In this document: positions 30,801 through 39,933 of the stretch, piece by piece
Position numbering within the stretch: position 1 is the first letter of the stretch
Layout of the letters: each line of letters begins with the position of its first letter
Assembly: GCA_963675295.2 (NCBI GenBank)
Contig: CAXXKJ010000002.1
Coordinates: 4,224,001-4,288,000, forward strand
Direction of reading: 5' to 3'
From: a bacterium
GTDB lineage: Bacteria; Electryoneota; Electryoneia; Electryoneales; Electryoneaceae
Length of the DNA stretch: 64,000 bases
Notes under the pieces: model-generated
The model's database searches: none
The model's input: the letters and a program-made list of their open reading frames with translations, nothing else
Told to the model about the DNA's origin: nothing
Program-made: the position numbers and the translations under genes

Positions 30801-32436
30801 ACGGTTCGATCACCATGCGTAGCGTGCTGGTGTCGATGGTGTTCTCCAGCGCGTACTGGTCTTCTTCGCTGATGGTGATCGAGAATCCCTTGTTGCCGCC
30901 TACGCGCTCCAGTTCGCCATCGGTCAGAGTGACGGTATCGTCATCAGCCGAGATGAAGTGAATTCCCTCGAACACGACTTCCGCGTCCAGGCGAACGTCG
31001 AACAGGAGGTATAGCTCGTTGGCATCAGCGTCGTAGTACGGCAGGTCCTCTTCATCAAGTTCCGGACCCTTGTTGCGGTCCTCGGCAATGATGGTCAGCG
31101 GAACACCGTCCGCCATATTGCCGTTACCGCCGGCGCTCAGCACGGTCGCGGAACGGACATACACCTGGAACTCGAGATTGGCTCCGGTATCACCAGCACC
31201 GTCACCATTCTGGTCAATCAGGTCTTCGGTGGCATGCGCGGTGCCAACACCCATCAGAACCGTCAGGCTGGAATCGGAATCCGCCAGGCCGGCGAGGCCG
31301 GACTCCAGCGCGTACGAATAGGTGGAATCGGGTTCGATGCGCTGAATCGACAGTTTCGGGACAACCGCGTAGTCCTTGACATTGGAAGCGAGCTTCTGGT
31401 TGAACTTCACCTTCAGCTCGTTGGACCCCATGTCATATTCGGCCCACTGCGGAAACAGCGTCGCCGGGTCCTGCGTAAACTCAACAGCAAAATCTTCGAC
31501 CGGCACCGCCGGGTTGTAGTCCACATCCACGAATGTATAGTCCGTGAACCGGATCATCATCGTCCCGGTGTCCAACGCTTCCACGGTCGCGCGTTCGGCC
31601 GGCAGCAACTGCAGCTGCAGCACGTCGGAATCCATCCTGGTCAGGTCCGCTGCGCTTGAAAGGGTCACGAGGGTGTTGTTCGCGTCGTACAGGGTGATCT
31701 GCGGAACAACAACATTGGCTTCAAAGTCAAGCACGCCGTTGCCGTTGCGGTCTTCGTTCTCACCACCGGTCAGCACACCGTCCCCCGGCGCCGGCCAGTT
31801 CTTGTTGTAAGGGTCCTGCGTGGCCACATCTTCCGGAATCTGGTCGAACTGCATCACCTTGTTGAAGCTCAGGGTCAGCGTGTTCGACGCGGCATCGTAT
31901 TCGGCGTCTGTGAGGTTAACCTCATCGTTGGAAGGAACTTCCACATATGTGAGGTCGATCCAGGTACCTTCCGACAGATTGCCCTGCGGATCGCTGGCCA
32001 TCCCGGCCGGGCACCACATCCGCATGTGATCGAAGGTCATGTGGTCCAGCTCTTCCTCGATCACCATCAGGTCATCGTAGTCCAGACCCCAGAGCTGGCG
32101 ATCTTCGCTGGATGTGCCGTCATCGTAGACGTATTCACCGATGACGCCTTCGAAGTAAGGGTGGAATCTGACTTCCCTGGGCGTGCTTCCGTCCATCACG
32201 ATCCCGCCGCGCAACTCAAAATCGCTCAGCGGTCCGCCCATATCGTCGTCGATCGTGATCCCGGTGACGACAAATGCATCGGGGTCGACGTCCACAGTGG
32301 AGCTGAACGTCACGGAAAATGAATTTGTCAACTCGTCGTAGGTTGCGGCGGTTGGCACAGGTTGCGCCAAGAGCAGCGGCGCGGCCAACAGCAGCAGGAC
32401 CGGAACCCACACGAGTGCATGTCTCAGTCGTAGCAT
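27850..32436 (-). CDS. Very large secreted protein: about five Ig-like repeats, degenerate zincin-like domain, T9SS CTD
   Basis: Repeats A.YD...N.L...F; GYF...D...YSN......D; ANVYTQY where HExxH expected; LGQNYPNPFNP...RKMVLVK. Confidence 0.8.
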   Translation of the reverse strand: MLRLRHALVWVPVLLLLAAPLLLAQPVPTAATYDELTNSFSVTFSSTVDVDPDAFVVTGITIDDDMGGPLSDFELRGGIVMDGSTPREVRFHPYFEGVIGEYVYDDGTSSEDRQLWGLDYDDLMVIEEELDHMTFDHMRMWCPAGMASDPQGNLSEGTWIDLTYVEVPSNDEVNLTDAEYDAASNTLTLSFNKVMQFDQIPEDVATQDPYNKNWPAPGDGVLTGGENEDRNGNGVLDFEANVVVPQITLYDANNTLVTLSSAADLTRMDSDVLQLQLLPAERATVEALDTGTMMIRFTDYTFVDVDYNPAVPVEDFAVEFTQDPATLFPQWAEYDMGSNELKVKFNQKLASNVKDYAVVPKLSIQRIEPDSTYSYALESGLAGLADSDSSLTVLMGVGTAHATEDLIDQNGDGAGDTGANLEFQVYVRSATVLSAGGNGNMADGVPLTIIAEDRNKGPELDEEDLPYYDADANELYLLFDVRLDAEVVFEGIHFISADDDTVTLTDGELERVGGNKGFSITISEEDQYALENTIDTSTLRMVIEPYTVKQSSKLNGNRYIEVEDFNYIADPNPPLIEYVWFDEVHGRFVIGTNGTVPAENVDLTKMQLNGIAIGAPESFEASEPNRISLYLSDTDVSAIKDIDQADRTDLILDFSEGFITTADGIPCVEQTGLMDGDTTANELYESVLVLGFGREFYIRSHEAFPTLPRIVQASLREVSPGALWYVANDQWGLPYDPFYLREGKSVEHPLVTPLRKSELDSAVTFFETRTPKLPDMGAKAAIDDLIGGERADKIPEQIIILLTDIWDEYGVGRNDGDAGFWKHGYFLPSDLPGNSTDEYSNEAELIVLDSYPQSYNTGDDAWIWNDNDEVWEEDDMDELDEAGLSAIANVYTQYVSYKVDKFEVNWVKYGLAYFTEFYTFRHPRYYGDSETRGLTGGNILTFIGSDLSSRVDYKHVFMYMLYLWEKYGGDDMLTAISMSPHIDIYGVADALSDRNEQLEAWQKDLDVVDVFLDFATANLIDTSYSEDDHNRFMFENINTQAAIRGGPMRWKTSAGPDRAPYQRTNTEWGFDYFFTGYTATTLNNALDPVNDNLVVFAGEGATDIAFRKVNMQATEVDNNLSALPILTQEIELEGDLNVGVVPISPGDGWVLGGADDPEATFPTFFLIAAGAGGDFLVHHQQNAAEFSRLFVVQNPVIETMLDVYVITEQPLYRSDGVSAPTVNVYADADMTEVIATYDSPDDFEMTSVENATGRFDQYVAHVTMTDVGEMHWALEGYYSNGVPVVESDPTIIVMSTFEGGGPSMVKLSDGFQVSSTARSFDRDKDLMLVRSPDVASVGLGKFIQNTDGRTPVSSRYSIGNHIEKVGDPLTLRIPYDVDAAGEQDAGVYLMRNDEWVYVGGEANPAVGLITVRVGQTGTYAVMAGPLGDVPDDLMVPNSFELGQNYPNPFNPSTTIKIALPQTGPVTLAVYDVLGREVTRLFDGDLAYGTHKFHFNGQSAAGTPIASGVYFVRMDAPGFNKTRKMVLVK

Positions 32437-32480
32437 CGAAAATCCTCCTGACTCTGTCTCATCCTCCATCGGGGATGGGA

Positions 32481-33461
32481 TCAGAACGAGAACGAGATGT
32501 TGAACCGGTGCACATCCTCGAGAATACCGTACTCACTGAACGCGTAGTCAATTCCGATCCGCTGCCACAGGAAGCCGACACCCGCGGACATGCCGAGGGT
32601 ATCGTGGCGGAACGTGTAGCCGCCGCGGAGGAAGAACAGTTCCTGGAAGCCGTATTCGGCGCCCAGGTTCACGCGTTCAACGTTGTCGTTCGGATGCTCG
32701 AGGTCACCCGCGAGGGTCAGCCGGTGCTGATCAGTGTTCAATGGGTCCATCGCGACACCAAGGCGGAAGACCATCGGGAAATGGTAGGGCAGAAACTCCG
32801 TTGCTTCCGTCGCCTGGGAACCGTTGTCGAAGTCGTAGTAGCCGCCATCCAGCTGCATTTCCGGACCGAAATTGCGCACCGCCATGGCGAGCCGGACCGA
32901 GTTCCACTGGGTGTCGTACATGACGCCGACGTCAATCGCGAAGTTCGACGCGACTTCGGTGTCGAGATCTTCGCGTACGTACTTCAGGTTCGTTCCGAAG
33001 GAGAATTTGTCGGTCAGCTTCATACCGAGTGATACGCCGCCGACGATGTTGGTTACGTTGAAGGTTTCACCGGTACCCATCGGTTGCTGCACCGTGGTCA
33101 CCTCCATGTCGCCCGAGCCCATCGCGAGGGCAAAGGCGCCGATGGTGAAGGTGTCGTTGAGCCTGTGGGCGCCGCCGATCGCGTCATAGCTGATCTCGGC
33201 GAAATACTCCACATGCTCGAACATCACCGATGAACCGCCGAGCTGTGTTATGCCCGCCGGGTTCCAGAACATGGCGGACTGGTCGTTACTGATGGCGGAG
33301 AATGCGCCACCCATGCCGACCCCTCGCGCGCCGATAGGCAGCTTGAGGAAGTCAGCCCCGGTGGTGCCGACTTTTGCAAATTCAGCGTGGGCGCCGCCAG
33401 CAGCGACGAGCAGGGCGATCAGCACCGCCAAGCCCAGCTGATATACCGTTCGTCTATTCAT
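32481..33461 (-). CDS. PorV/PorQ-like (UPF0164) outer-membrane beta-barrel
   Basis: GTTGADFLK...GARG.GMGGAF, FWNPAG, LRGGY, DYAF, terminal F. Confidence 0.88.
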   Translation of the reverse strand: MNRRTVYQLGLAVLIALLVAAGGAHAEFAKVGTTGADFLKLPIGARGVGMGGAFSAISNDQSAMFWNPAGITQLGGSSVMFEHVEYFAEISYDAIGGAHRLNDTFTIGAFALAMGSGDMEVTTVQQPMGTGETFNVTNIVGGVSLGMKLTDKFSFGTNLKYVREDLDTEVASNFAIDVGVMYDTQWNSVRLAMAVRNFGPEMQLDGGYYDFDNGSQATEATEFLPYHFPMVFRLGVAMDPLNTDQHRLTLAGDLEHPNDNVERVNLGAEYGFQELFFLRGGYTFRHDTLGMSAGVGFLWQRIGIDYAFSEYGILEDVHRFNISFSF

Positions 33462-33483
33462 GATCGAACTCCTTGTGCCGAGG

Positions 33484-36018
33484 TCAGCGGATGATCAGAA
33501 ACTTCCCGACTTTCTTCTCGTAACTGGGCGACTCCGTCTCAACGACGTAGATGTACAGCCCCGATACGACTTTCTGGTTGTTCCTGCTGATCAAATCCCA
33601 GTAGACCGCACCGATCGTTCCGTCATCCTTGTAGATCTCCTTGATCAGATCGCCATTCAACGTGAAAATGCTGATCTTGCACAGGGAAGGCAGGTTGATG
33701 AAACTGATCTGGTCTTCGTACCGCGCTTCAAACGAAGCGGTACCCTTGTAGGGATTCGGGACGACCTTGATGTCGTCCATCGTCAGGTCGCTGTCCGGCT
33801 CGTTGGGATCGTCCGCCGGTGTGTCAATCGGCAGTACCCCGGGGATCACCGCCTGCGGTGCACCGTCCAGATCCTTGCGGTAGTTCGACTTTGCGGATTC
33901 AATCGACGGCAGCCCGAACGTGTCCATCTTGTCCGGATCGTACGCGACAACAGTGTAGTAGTACTTCAGTCCGTTGACCGGCCGTTCGATGTCCTTGAAG
34001 ATGATCGTGCCGTTCTTATCGGCAAAATCGCCGCCATAATCCTCATACGTATATGTCAGGTCCGGCAGGTCGACCGGGATGTAGTTCCAGTCCGTACCCT
34101 GCACGTTGTTCTCGTCCCCGACGATCTCAGCGTATTCGGGTTCGTTGTAGGCGTACTGGGAACCGTCGAATTCGATCGGGTTGAGCGTGTCACCTTCCGT
34201 GTTCATCAGGTAGGTGTCACCCTCACTGGGCATATCGAATGCCGCGATCATGTCCCAGGTCTGCGGGTTGTACTTCGAGCGGTAGATCTTGTACCCGAGA
34301 AAGTCGGTGGTACCGAGGAAGCTGTCGATGGCATCTTCCGCGCTGTCATCCCAGACCAGCTTCACGCCGGCGTCCAGCGCACTGTAGTGCAGGTCCGGAA
34401 TCGCGGGCGGAATCGGCAGCAGGAAGTGCCGGTCCGTGCGAATCATTGCGTCGCTGGTGCCGGTGAATCCTGTCTGGTTGGCGAATGCGTCGCTCGGCGG
34501 AATTTCCGGGTCACCGATTTCGGCCAACTCACCCTGGTAGTAGGCGACGAGAGCGTTGTCGATGTTCTCGCGCAAGCCCTGGATACCCCAGCCAACACCT
34601 GTCACCGCGACGAACTTCTTTGTTTCGCCGTCCGCGAAGCTGTGCGGACCGCTGGAGATGATGTAACGATAGTCGAACACCGGTGCGCCGGCGCCGTAGT
34701 CGAACGGATGCGGCATGAAGCGCTGACCGGCGGACAGTGTGTGCGTACCGGTCATGTACTCATACTTTTCCCGGTCTGAACCCGGGTCGGATTCCCAGTT
34801 CCACCACTGATGGGAATAGGGACGATGTGGCGGATCCCACTCGTCTTCCGGCACACGGTTCTTACTCGCCAGGTAGGGTTCGTCCGGGATGTAGAGGAAT
34901 TTGGTCCCGATGAAGCCGGCCACCGGCGGGTTCATGCTACGTTCACCAACGTCAATCTCGCCGGATTGCGGGTAGTCGCCGTCGTACATGTAGCTCATGT
35001 CACGCGGGATCAGGTACCCGCGCAGGGAATCTCCAGCCGCCGTAACCACAGGCTCTCCGGCGACATAACCTTTGTCGGGAACGCTGACCTGGTAACGGAT
35101 GTAGTCCGGAATGTCGTAGCCGGCTTCAACGTACACCGCCGGATCCACGACGTAAATCTGGTATTCATCCCAGATGCCGTCCGGTTCCGGATTGTCGTCC
35201 GCCGGAGCTTCTTCACCGGCTGCCGGTGAATAACCGTTCCAGAACGGGTTGCGTGGGTCGGCCTTCGCCCAGCCCCAGTAGTCGTAGCCGGTTTCTTCGT
35301 TGCCGTCCAGATCCAGCGGGTCAACCCAGTCATATTGGTACGCGTTCTGGCCTTGCGGCGCCCAGCCGTCATAGTCGACAAGGTCGTCGATCGCAGGTTG
35401 ATCTGGATCGTAGTGCGCGCCCACGTCATTATCGTAGACGAACGACACGAACACATTATTCAGCTGGCCACCGCTGACGTTTTCGACTTCGATCAGTTTG
35501 ATGAAGAAGTCGTCGTAGTCAGTCAACGACCAGGCGAGTGTGCGTTGGTGGATTTTCAGGCCGATCGGGGTGTGGCCACCGATTTCGGCATTGAGGTCGT
35601 CGAAGTGGGACAACCCGTCCTGAATCGACTTCGGGCCGGTTCCGAAATAGAAGCTGGACCCATCAGTCGGATCGAGCTCGTAGTTGCCGTAGTCGGCGTG
35701 GCTGACGAGCGGTTCGCCACCAACCAGCGCTCCGACCCAGAAACGGCCTTCCCAGATGTAGTAGACGCCGGACCCGCCGGGCCACTCACCCGAAGGCAGC
35801 AGCTCGTTGGGTTCGCCGTAGTTACCGAAGTTGGAAACAGCGGTCCAGAAGTTGCCGACATCATGCACCTTGTATTCTGTCGGCGGACGGGCAGCGGTTC
35901 TCCGCGGACCCTTCTTCGGACCGGTCATGTCAATGCGCGCGGCAAAGCTGGAGCTCGCGGCCAGCAGGCAGGCGAGTAGCACCAGCAACACCGTCGTCAG
36001 GATGTGGTTTCTTCTCAC
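33484..36018 (-). CDS. Secreted TBDR/PorV-partner protein with FN3-like region and variant CTD
   Basis: Signal peptide, SGEWPGGSG..Y, V.L.WD..AE, F.GYKIYRS, NG..YYY.V.AYD, IKVVPNPY...F.NLP...WDL...SGLYIY...GKF.IIR. Confidence 0.8.
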   Translation of the reverse strand: MRRNHILTTVLLVLLACLLAASSSFAARIDMTGPKKGPRRTAARPPTEYKVHDVGNFWTAVSNFGNYGEPNELLPSGEWPGGSGVYYIWEGRFWVGALVGGEPLVSHADYGNYELDPTDGSSFYFGTGPKSIQDGLSHFDDLNAEIGGHTPIGLKIHQRTLAWSLTDYDDFFIKLIEVENVSGGQLNNVFVSFVYDNDVGAHYDPDQPAIDDLVDYDGWAPQGQNAYQYDWVDPLDLDGNEETGYDYWGWAKADPRNPFWNGYSPAAGEEAPADDNPEPDGIWDEYQIYVVDPAVYVEAGYDIPDYIRYQVSVPDKGYVAGEPVVTAAGDSLRGYLIPRDMSYMYDGDYPQSGEIDVGERSMNPPVAGFIGTKFLYIPDEPYLASKNRVPEDEWDPPHRPYSHQWWNWESDPGSDREKYEYMTGTHTLSAGQRFMPHPFDYGAGAPVFDYRYIISSGPHSFADGETKKFVAVTGVGWGIQGLRENIDNALVAYYQGELAEIGDPEIPPSDAFANQTGFTGTSDAMIRTDRHFLLPIPPAIPDLHYSALDAGVKLVWDDSAEDAIDSFLGTTDFLGYKIYRSKYNPQTWDMIAAFDMPSEGDTYLMNTEGDTLNPIEFDGSQYAYNEPEYAEIVGDENNVQGTDWNYIPVDLPDLTYTYEDYGGDFADKNGTIIFKDIERPVNGLKYYYTVVAYDPDKMDTFGLPSIESAKSNYRKDLDGAPQAVIPGVLPIDTPADDPNEPDSDLTMDDIKVVPNPYKGTASFEARYEDQISFINLPSLCKISIFTLNGDLIKEIYKDDGTIGAVYWDLISRNNQKVVSGLYIYVVETESPSYEKKVGKFLIIR

Positions 36019-36041
36019 GGTGATGTATCCTCCTGCCTCGT

Positions 36042-39000
36042 TTAAAACTCGATTCCCGCGCCAACCTGCAGCATGCGACCGCGCTGGTAATACCGCGGAT
36101 CGTTATACTTCCCGTCGACGTCGTTGAACTGTTCGTACCAACCGGTGTCAGCATTCGCCTGGAAGAACCGCTGGTCGATGTTTTCACGATCGAGCAGGTT
36201 GTAGACCTGCACAAACGCGTACACGTTCAACGACTTCCAGATGCCCCACTCCTTCTGCACACGTGCGTCGAAGGTGAGCGTGTAGGGCAGGCGCTGATCG
36301 TTGATCGGCGGATCCAGCGAGCGGGCCGGGCTCGAATAGGGCAGGCCGCTGCCGTACTTCCCGATCAGGTTGATCGACAGACCATCGAAGTAGGACACAC
36401 CGAGGATGTCGGAATCCTGCGGTACAAAGAACTGGATGTTGCCGTAAATCGTGTGGCGCTGATCCCAGTCAAGGTAGGATTCCGTGGTCCGGATCAAGTT
36501 CCCGGCCCAGGCGTTTTCGTAGTTCTGGCGCGCTTCGGACGCCTTACCCTTGGCCACCGAGTAGGTGTACGACAGGCTACCGCTGGTGAAGTTGCTGAAG
36601 CGCTTGCTGAGGCTCATCTCGAAACCACGGACGTTTCCGTAGTCCTGGTTGATGTACAGACCGTACCAGTTGCGCGCGGTGAAGAACACCTGCCGCGTGT
36701 CAACCAGGCCGCTGATGTCCTTGTAGAAACCGGTGGCGACAAACACGACGTCATCGGTAAACTGGTGACGCAGCGTCAACTCGTACGAGGTCGTCCGTTC
36801 CGGTTCGAGGTTCGGGTTACCGACAATCGGGAACGCACCGGAGAAGTCCCAGTTGACGTTGGTGAACGCATAGCGCAGCAGCGGCACCTGGAAGTTCCGG
36901 CTGTAGTTGAAGCTCAACTGATCCCGTTCCGTGATCGGGAAGGCAACACCGAGACGCGGGCCCCAGTAAGTCTTTCCTTCAACCTTTGTCGGGTCTGCAA
37001 CCTCACCGCCGAGCGACGGGTCGGTCACCGGGTTGGTGATGTCGGACGGATAATCATCCCAGTTCACGTCGAAGTAGTCCGCACGCAAACCGAGGTTCAG
37101 TACCATCCCCTCGAACTCCATCTTGTCTTCCACGAACGCACCGTACAGGCGCGGCGACGCCGTGAAGTTCTGGCCGTACACGTTACCACCGGAGGCCATG
37201 TCCACATCGTGGTCGAACAGTTCGTAGAACGTCAGCTCGAAACCGGCCTTCACTTCGTGGAACTGGTGCATCTGGCTCGTGATGTGTCCCTTGAACGTGT
37301 AGGTTTCCTTGCTGTCGTTGTTCCAGCGGGACCGGTTGTAGGTCGTGCCGGTGCCGTAGGTGTAGAAGTCGTTGTCGTCCTTGCTGTTACCGAACGGCAT
37401 ATCTTCCCACCCCAGCCACGTGTCCCGCGGACCGGACTGGGACGCGTCGACGTAGCCGTCGTCATCTTCATCCGTCATCAGGTCGTGGGTCGGACCGTAC
37501 ACATCCCAGTCCCAGATCTCGTTGCCGTTGATGTCCTCGTACTCCCAGACACCATTCTGGTTGTAGTCGAACCAGTACTGGGTACCGTCGGCGTTCGATT
37601 CAAGCACGTCACGATACGTGTTCAACAGATCGTCGGGAATCTCCTCGATTGAACTGTAGGCCTGTTCCAGGTCGAGCTGGCCATTGCCGTTCGCATCTTC
37701 GTTGATGTATTCCCGCGTGTTGTAGTGCATCTCCGTCTTGTAGTAGGAGAAGCCCAGTTCGAAGTAGGTCCGTTCACTGATCGTCTGGTCCCACTTGGCG
37801 CTGAACTGGTTGATGTGCTGTTCGAAGTACGGCAGGTGATCAAGCATGCTGAAGCTGCTCAGGCTGCCGTCGCGGTTGAGGTCCTCGCTGTCGATGACAC
37901 CGTCACCGTCCAGATCCTCGCCGGCGTCCAGGACACCATTGCCGTTCAGGTCTTCGGTGTCCAGCTGGCCGTTGTTGTACCACGGCGAGTTGCTCGGATC
38001 GTAGTAGACGTAATCACTGGCAATCGTACCGTCGTCATTGTAGGACGGTGCGTAGCCATCGAGCCTGTCTTCATAATCCGTGCGGGACCACAGGTGGGTG
38101 TAGTTGGTCCAGTTGGAGTTGGTAACGTTTCCGCTAAGCGTGAACTTCTGCTTCGGCGTGGGGCTGTAGGTCAGCTTGCCGAACGCGCTGGTCATCGTGC
38201 TGTCATCGTTCACGAACCGGCCGCGCGTATCGTACCACTGTCCGGCGGCAAAGAAGTTCAGGTCACCAATGCGGTTGTCGAGCAACGGAATCGGACCGGA
38301 CAGCGCGAACTGCAGGTCTTTCATCTCGTCATCTTCGATACCGCCGTCATTGGTGCGGCCGAGGAACGACCCGGAGTAGCGTTCGCCACCTTCCTTCGTC
38401 ACCTGGCTGACAACACCGGAGAGGTTGTTACCGTACTGGGCCGACATACCGCCGGTAACGACGTTGACTTCCTCAAACGCCACCTGCGGGATGTAGCCTT
38501 CATAGTCACCCGTCATCGGGTCAACCATCGACGCGCCGTCCACGAGGTACAGCACTTCCTCCTCACGGCCGCCGCGGAAGTTGCCACCGACAGCGCCCGG
38601 CGTCAGACGGATCACCTCACGCACGTTCTCGACCGGCATCGCCTTGATGTCTTCCGAGGTACGCGTGGTGCGGCTGTCCGTCATGTCTGGCTGGATCAGG
38701 GGCTTTTCGGCAACGAAGACGACCTCTTCCCCGATCAGGGCTTCCGGGGTCATCTCGATGTCAATGGTGGTTGTCCGGCCTTCCGTGACGCGAACCTCGC
38801 GCACCGTCACCGGGCGGTAGCCGATGATCGAGGCCTTGATCTCGTAGGTTCCGGGCGGGACGTTCAGAATAACATAGCGGCCATCCAGATCGGTAGCCGC
38901 GCCGTGCCGCGTTCCATCGATGATGATGTTCACACCGATCAGCGGCTCACTGCTCTCGGTCCCGACAACCGTCCCGACAATCTTGCCCGGGGCGGCTTGT

Positions 39001-39071
39001 ACCACACCGGCCAACATGACCAGGAGTAGCAGGGTTGCGAGAACACTCCACAAACTGCGAGCATGGTTCAT
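36042..39071 (-). CDS. TonB-dependent receptor with N-terminal carboxypeptidase-regulatory-like domain
   Basis: GKI.G.V...EPL.G.N...GAATDLDG.Y, plug RGGR..E..Y.VDG, GG.SAQYG..SGVV, GNP.L.PE.T..YE, C-terminal IEF; start at MNHAR. Confidence 0.92.
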   Translation of the reverse strand: MNHARSLWSVLATLLLLVMLAGVVQAAPGKIVGTVVGTESSEPLIGVNIIIDGTRHGAATDLDGRYVILNVPPGTYEIKASIIGYRPVTVREVRVTEGRTTTIDIEMTPEALIGEEVVFVAEKPLIQPDMTDSRTTRTSEDIKAMPVENVREVIRLTPGAVGGNFRGGREEEVLYLVDGASMVDPMTGDYEGYIPQVAFEEVNVVTGGMSAQYGNNLSGVVSQVTKEGGERYSGSFLGRTNDGGIEDDEMKDLQFALSGPIPLLDNRIGDLNFFAAGQWYDTRGRFVNDDSTMTSAFGKLTYSPTPKQKFTLSGNVTNSNWTNYTHLWSRTDYEDRLDGYAPSYNDDGTIASDYVYYDPSNSPWYNNGQLDTEDLNGNGVLDAGEDLDGDGVIDSEDLNRDGSLSSFSMLDHLPYFEQHINQFSAKWDQTISERTYFELGFSYYKTEMHYNTREYINEDANGNGQLDLEQAYSSIEEIPDDLLNTYRDVLESNADGTQYWFDYNQNGVWEYEDINGNEIWDWDVYGPTHDLMTDEDDDGYVDASQSGPRDTWLGWEDMPFGNSKDDNDFYTYGTGTTYNRSRWNNDSKETYTFKGHITSQMHQFHEVKAGFELTFYELFDHDVDMASGGNVYGQNFTASPRLYGAFVEDKMEFEGMVLNLGLRADYFDVNWDDYPSDITNPVTDPSLGGEVADPTKVEGKTYWGPRLGVAFPITERDQLSFNYSRNFQVPLLRYAFTNVNWDFSGAFPIVGNPNLEPERTTSYELTLRHQFTDDVVFVATGFYKDISGLVDTRQVFFTARNWYGLYINQDYGNVRGFEMSLSKRFSNFTSGSLSYTYSVAKGKASEARQNYENAWAGNLIRTTESYLDWDQRHTIYGNIQFFVPQDSDILGVSYFDGLSINLIGKYGSGLPYSSPARSLDPPINDQRLPYTLTFDARVQKEWGIWKSLNVYAFVQVYNLLDRENIDQRFFQANADTGWYEQFNDVDGKYNDPRYYQRGRMLQVGAGIEF

Positions 39072-39880
39072 GGCAGTCCCCATCTTAATCCGACAGTTCT
39101 CACGGCCGACGAAATCATCGACCGCTATCCACACAAAGATGTTTCTGTTTCGACGGATACCGCGAAATTCTGCGAAAGGGATGGTTCGGAACTGCCAGAG
39201 AACTGGAGCGTTCCCGGTGAAGGACACCAATGGGAGGGAAAAACATCAATCCGGCGAGTGTAATGGAGACTCACTCACTCACCGTTACAACGAGTACTGC
39301 AACATGTGGCCGACCGCTGTACAACTGATGAGTCTCCCCAGCCTCATCGGTACATCGATCAATAGCGGGCGATGGACCTAACGCCCCGATACCGTAGTCT
39401 TGCGCAGTGCTTGCATCGGAGACGACGTCCACCCCCGTGATCGACGTCCCGCACCCCACAAATCCGACCTGAACCCTCTCGTTTCGTTCCGCGCGCCTAA
39501 CGTATTCCTAATAGATAACGTTACGCAGGTAAAAGCTTGCAGGTCAACAACCTGGCAACGTTCCTCTCGACTCGTCTCGGATCCGCTCTCCGAGTGGAGC
39601 AAACCCACATTGTCCACGAATAATCTGAAAAAGATACAAATTCTTCCAACAAAAAACACTCCTTGGAAGCATTTTACAGAAAAAGGGAGCTCTGGGTGTT
39701 TTGGGAGCACTGCGTTCCAAATGTCGCAAGGGTTAGATTTGTACGTTTTCACCTTTGCAAAACCACGTTTATAATCCGTAGTTCTGACAATCGACCCGGC
39801 TTCGCTTTTGGGGTTTCCCCGTCCTCCAGGTCTTGCGACGAGCGTCTCTGGAGACAGGGTATTCAGCGTCCGAAAACAAC

Positions 39881-39908
39881 GCGTCCGGGGTAAAAATGCC
39901 CCGGACGC
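39881..39908 (-). terminator. Hairpin after stop of 39934 gene
   Basis: gcgtccggggta-aaaa-tgccccggacgc. Confidence 0.55.
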
Positions 39909-39933
39909 TGAAAATTGGCGTGGAATATCCCAT

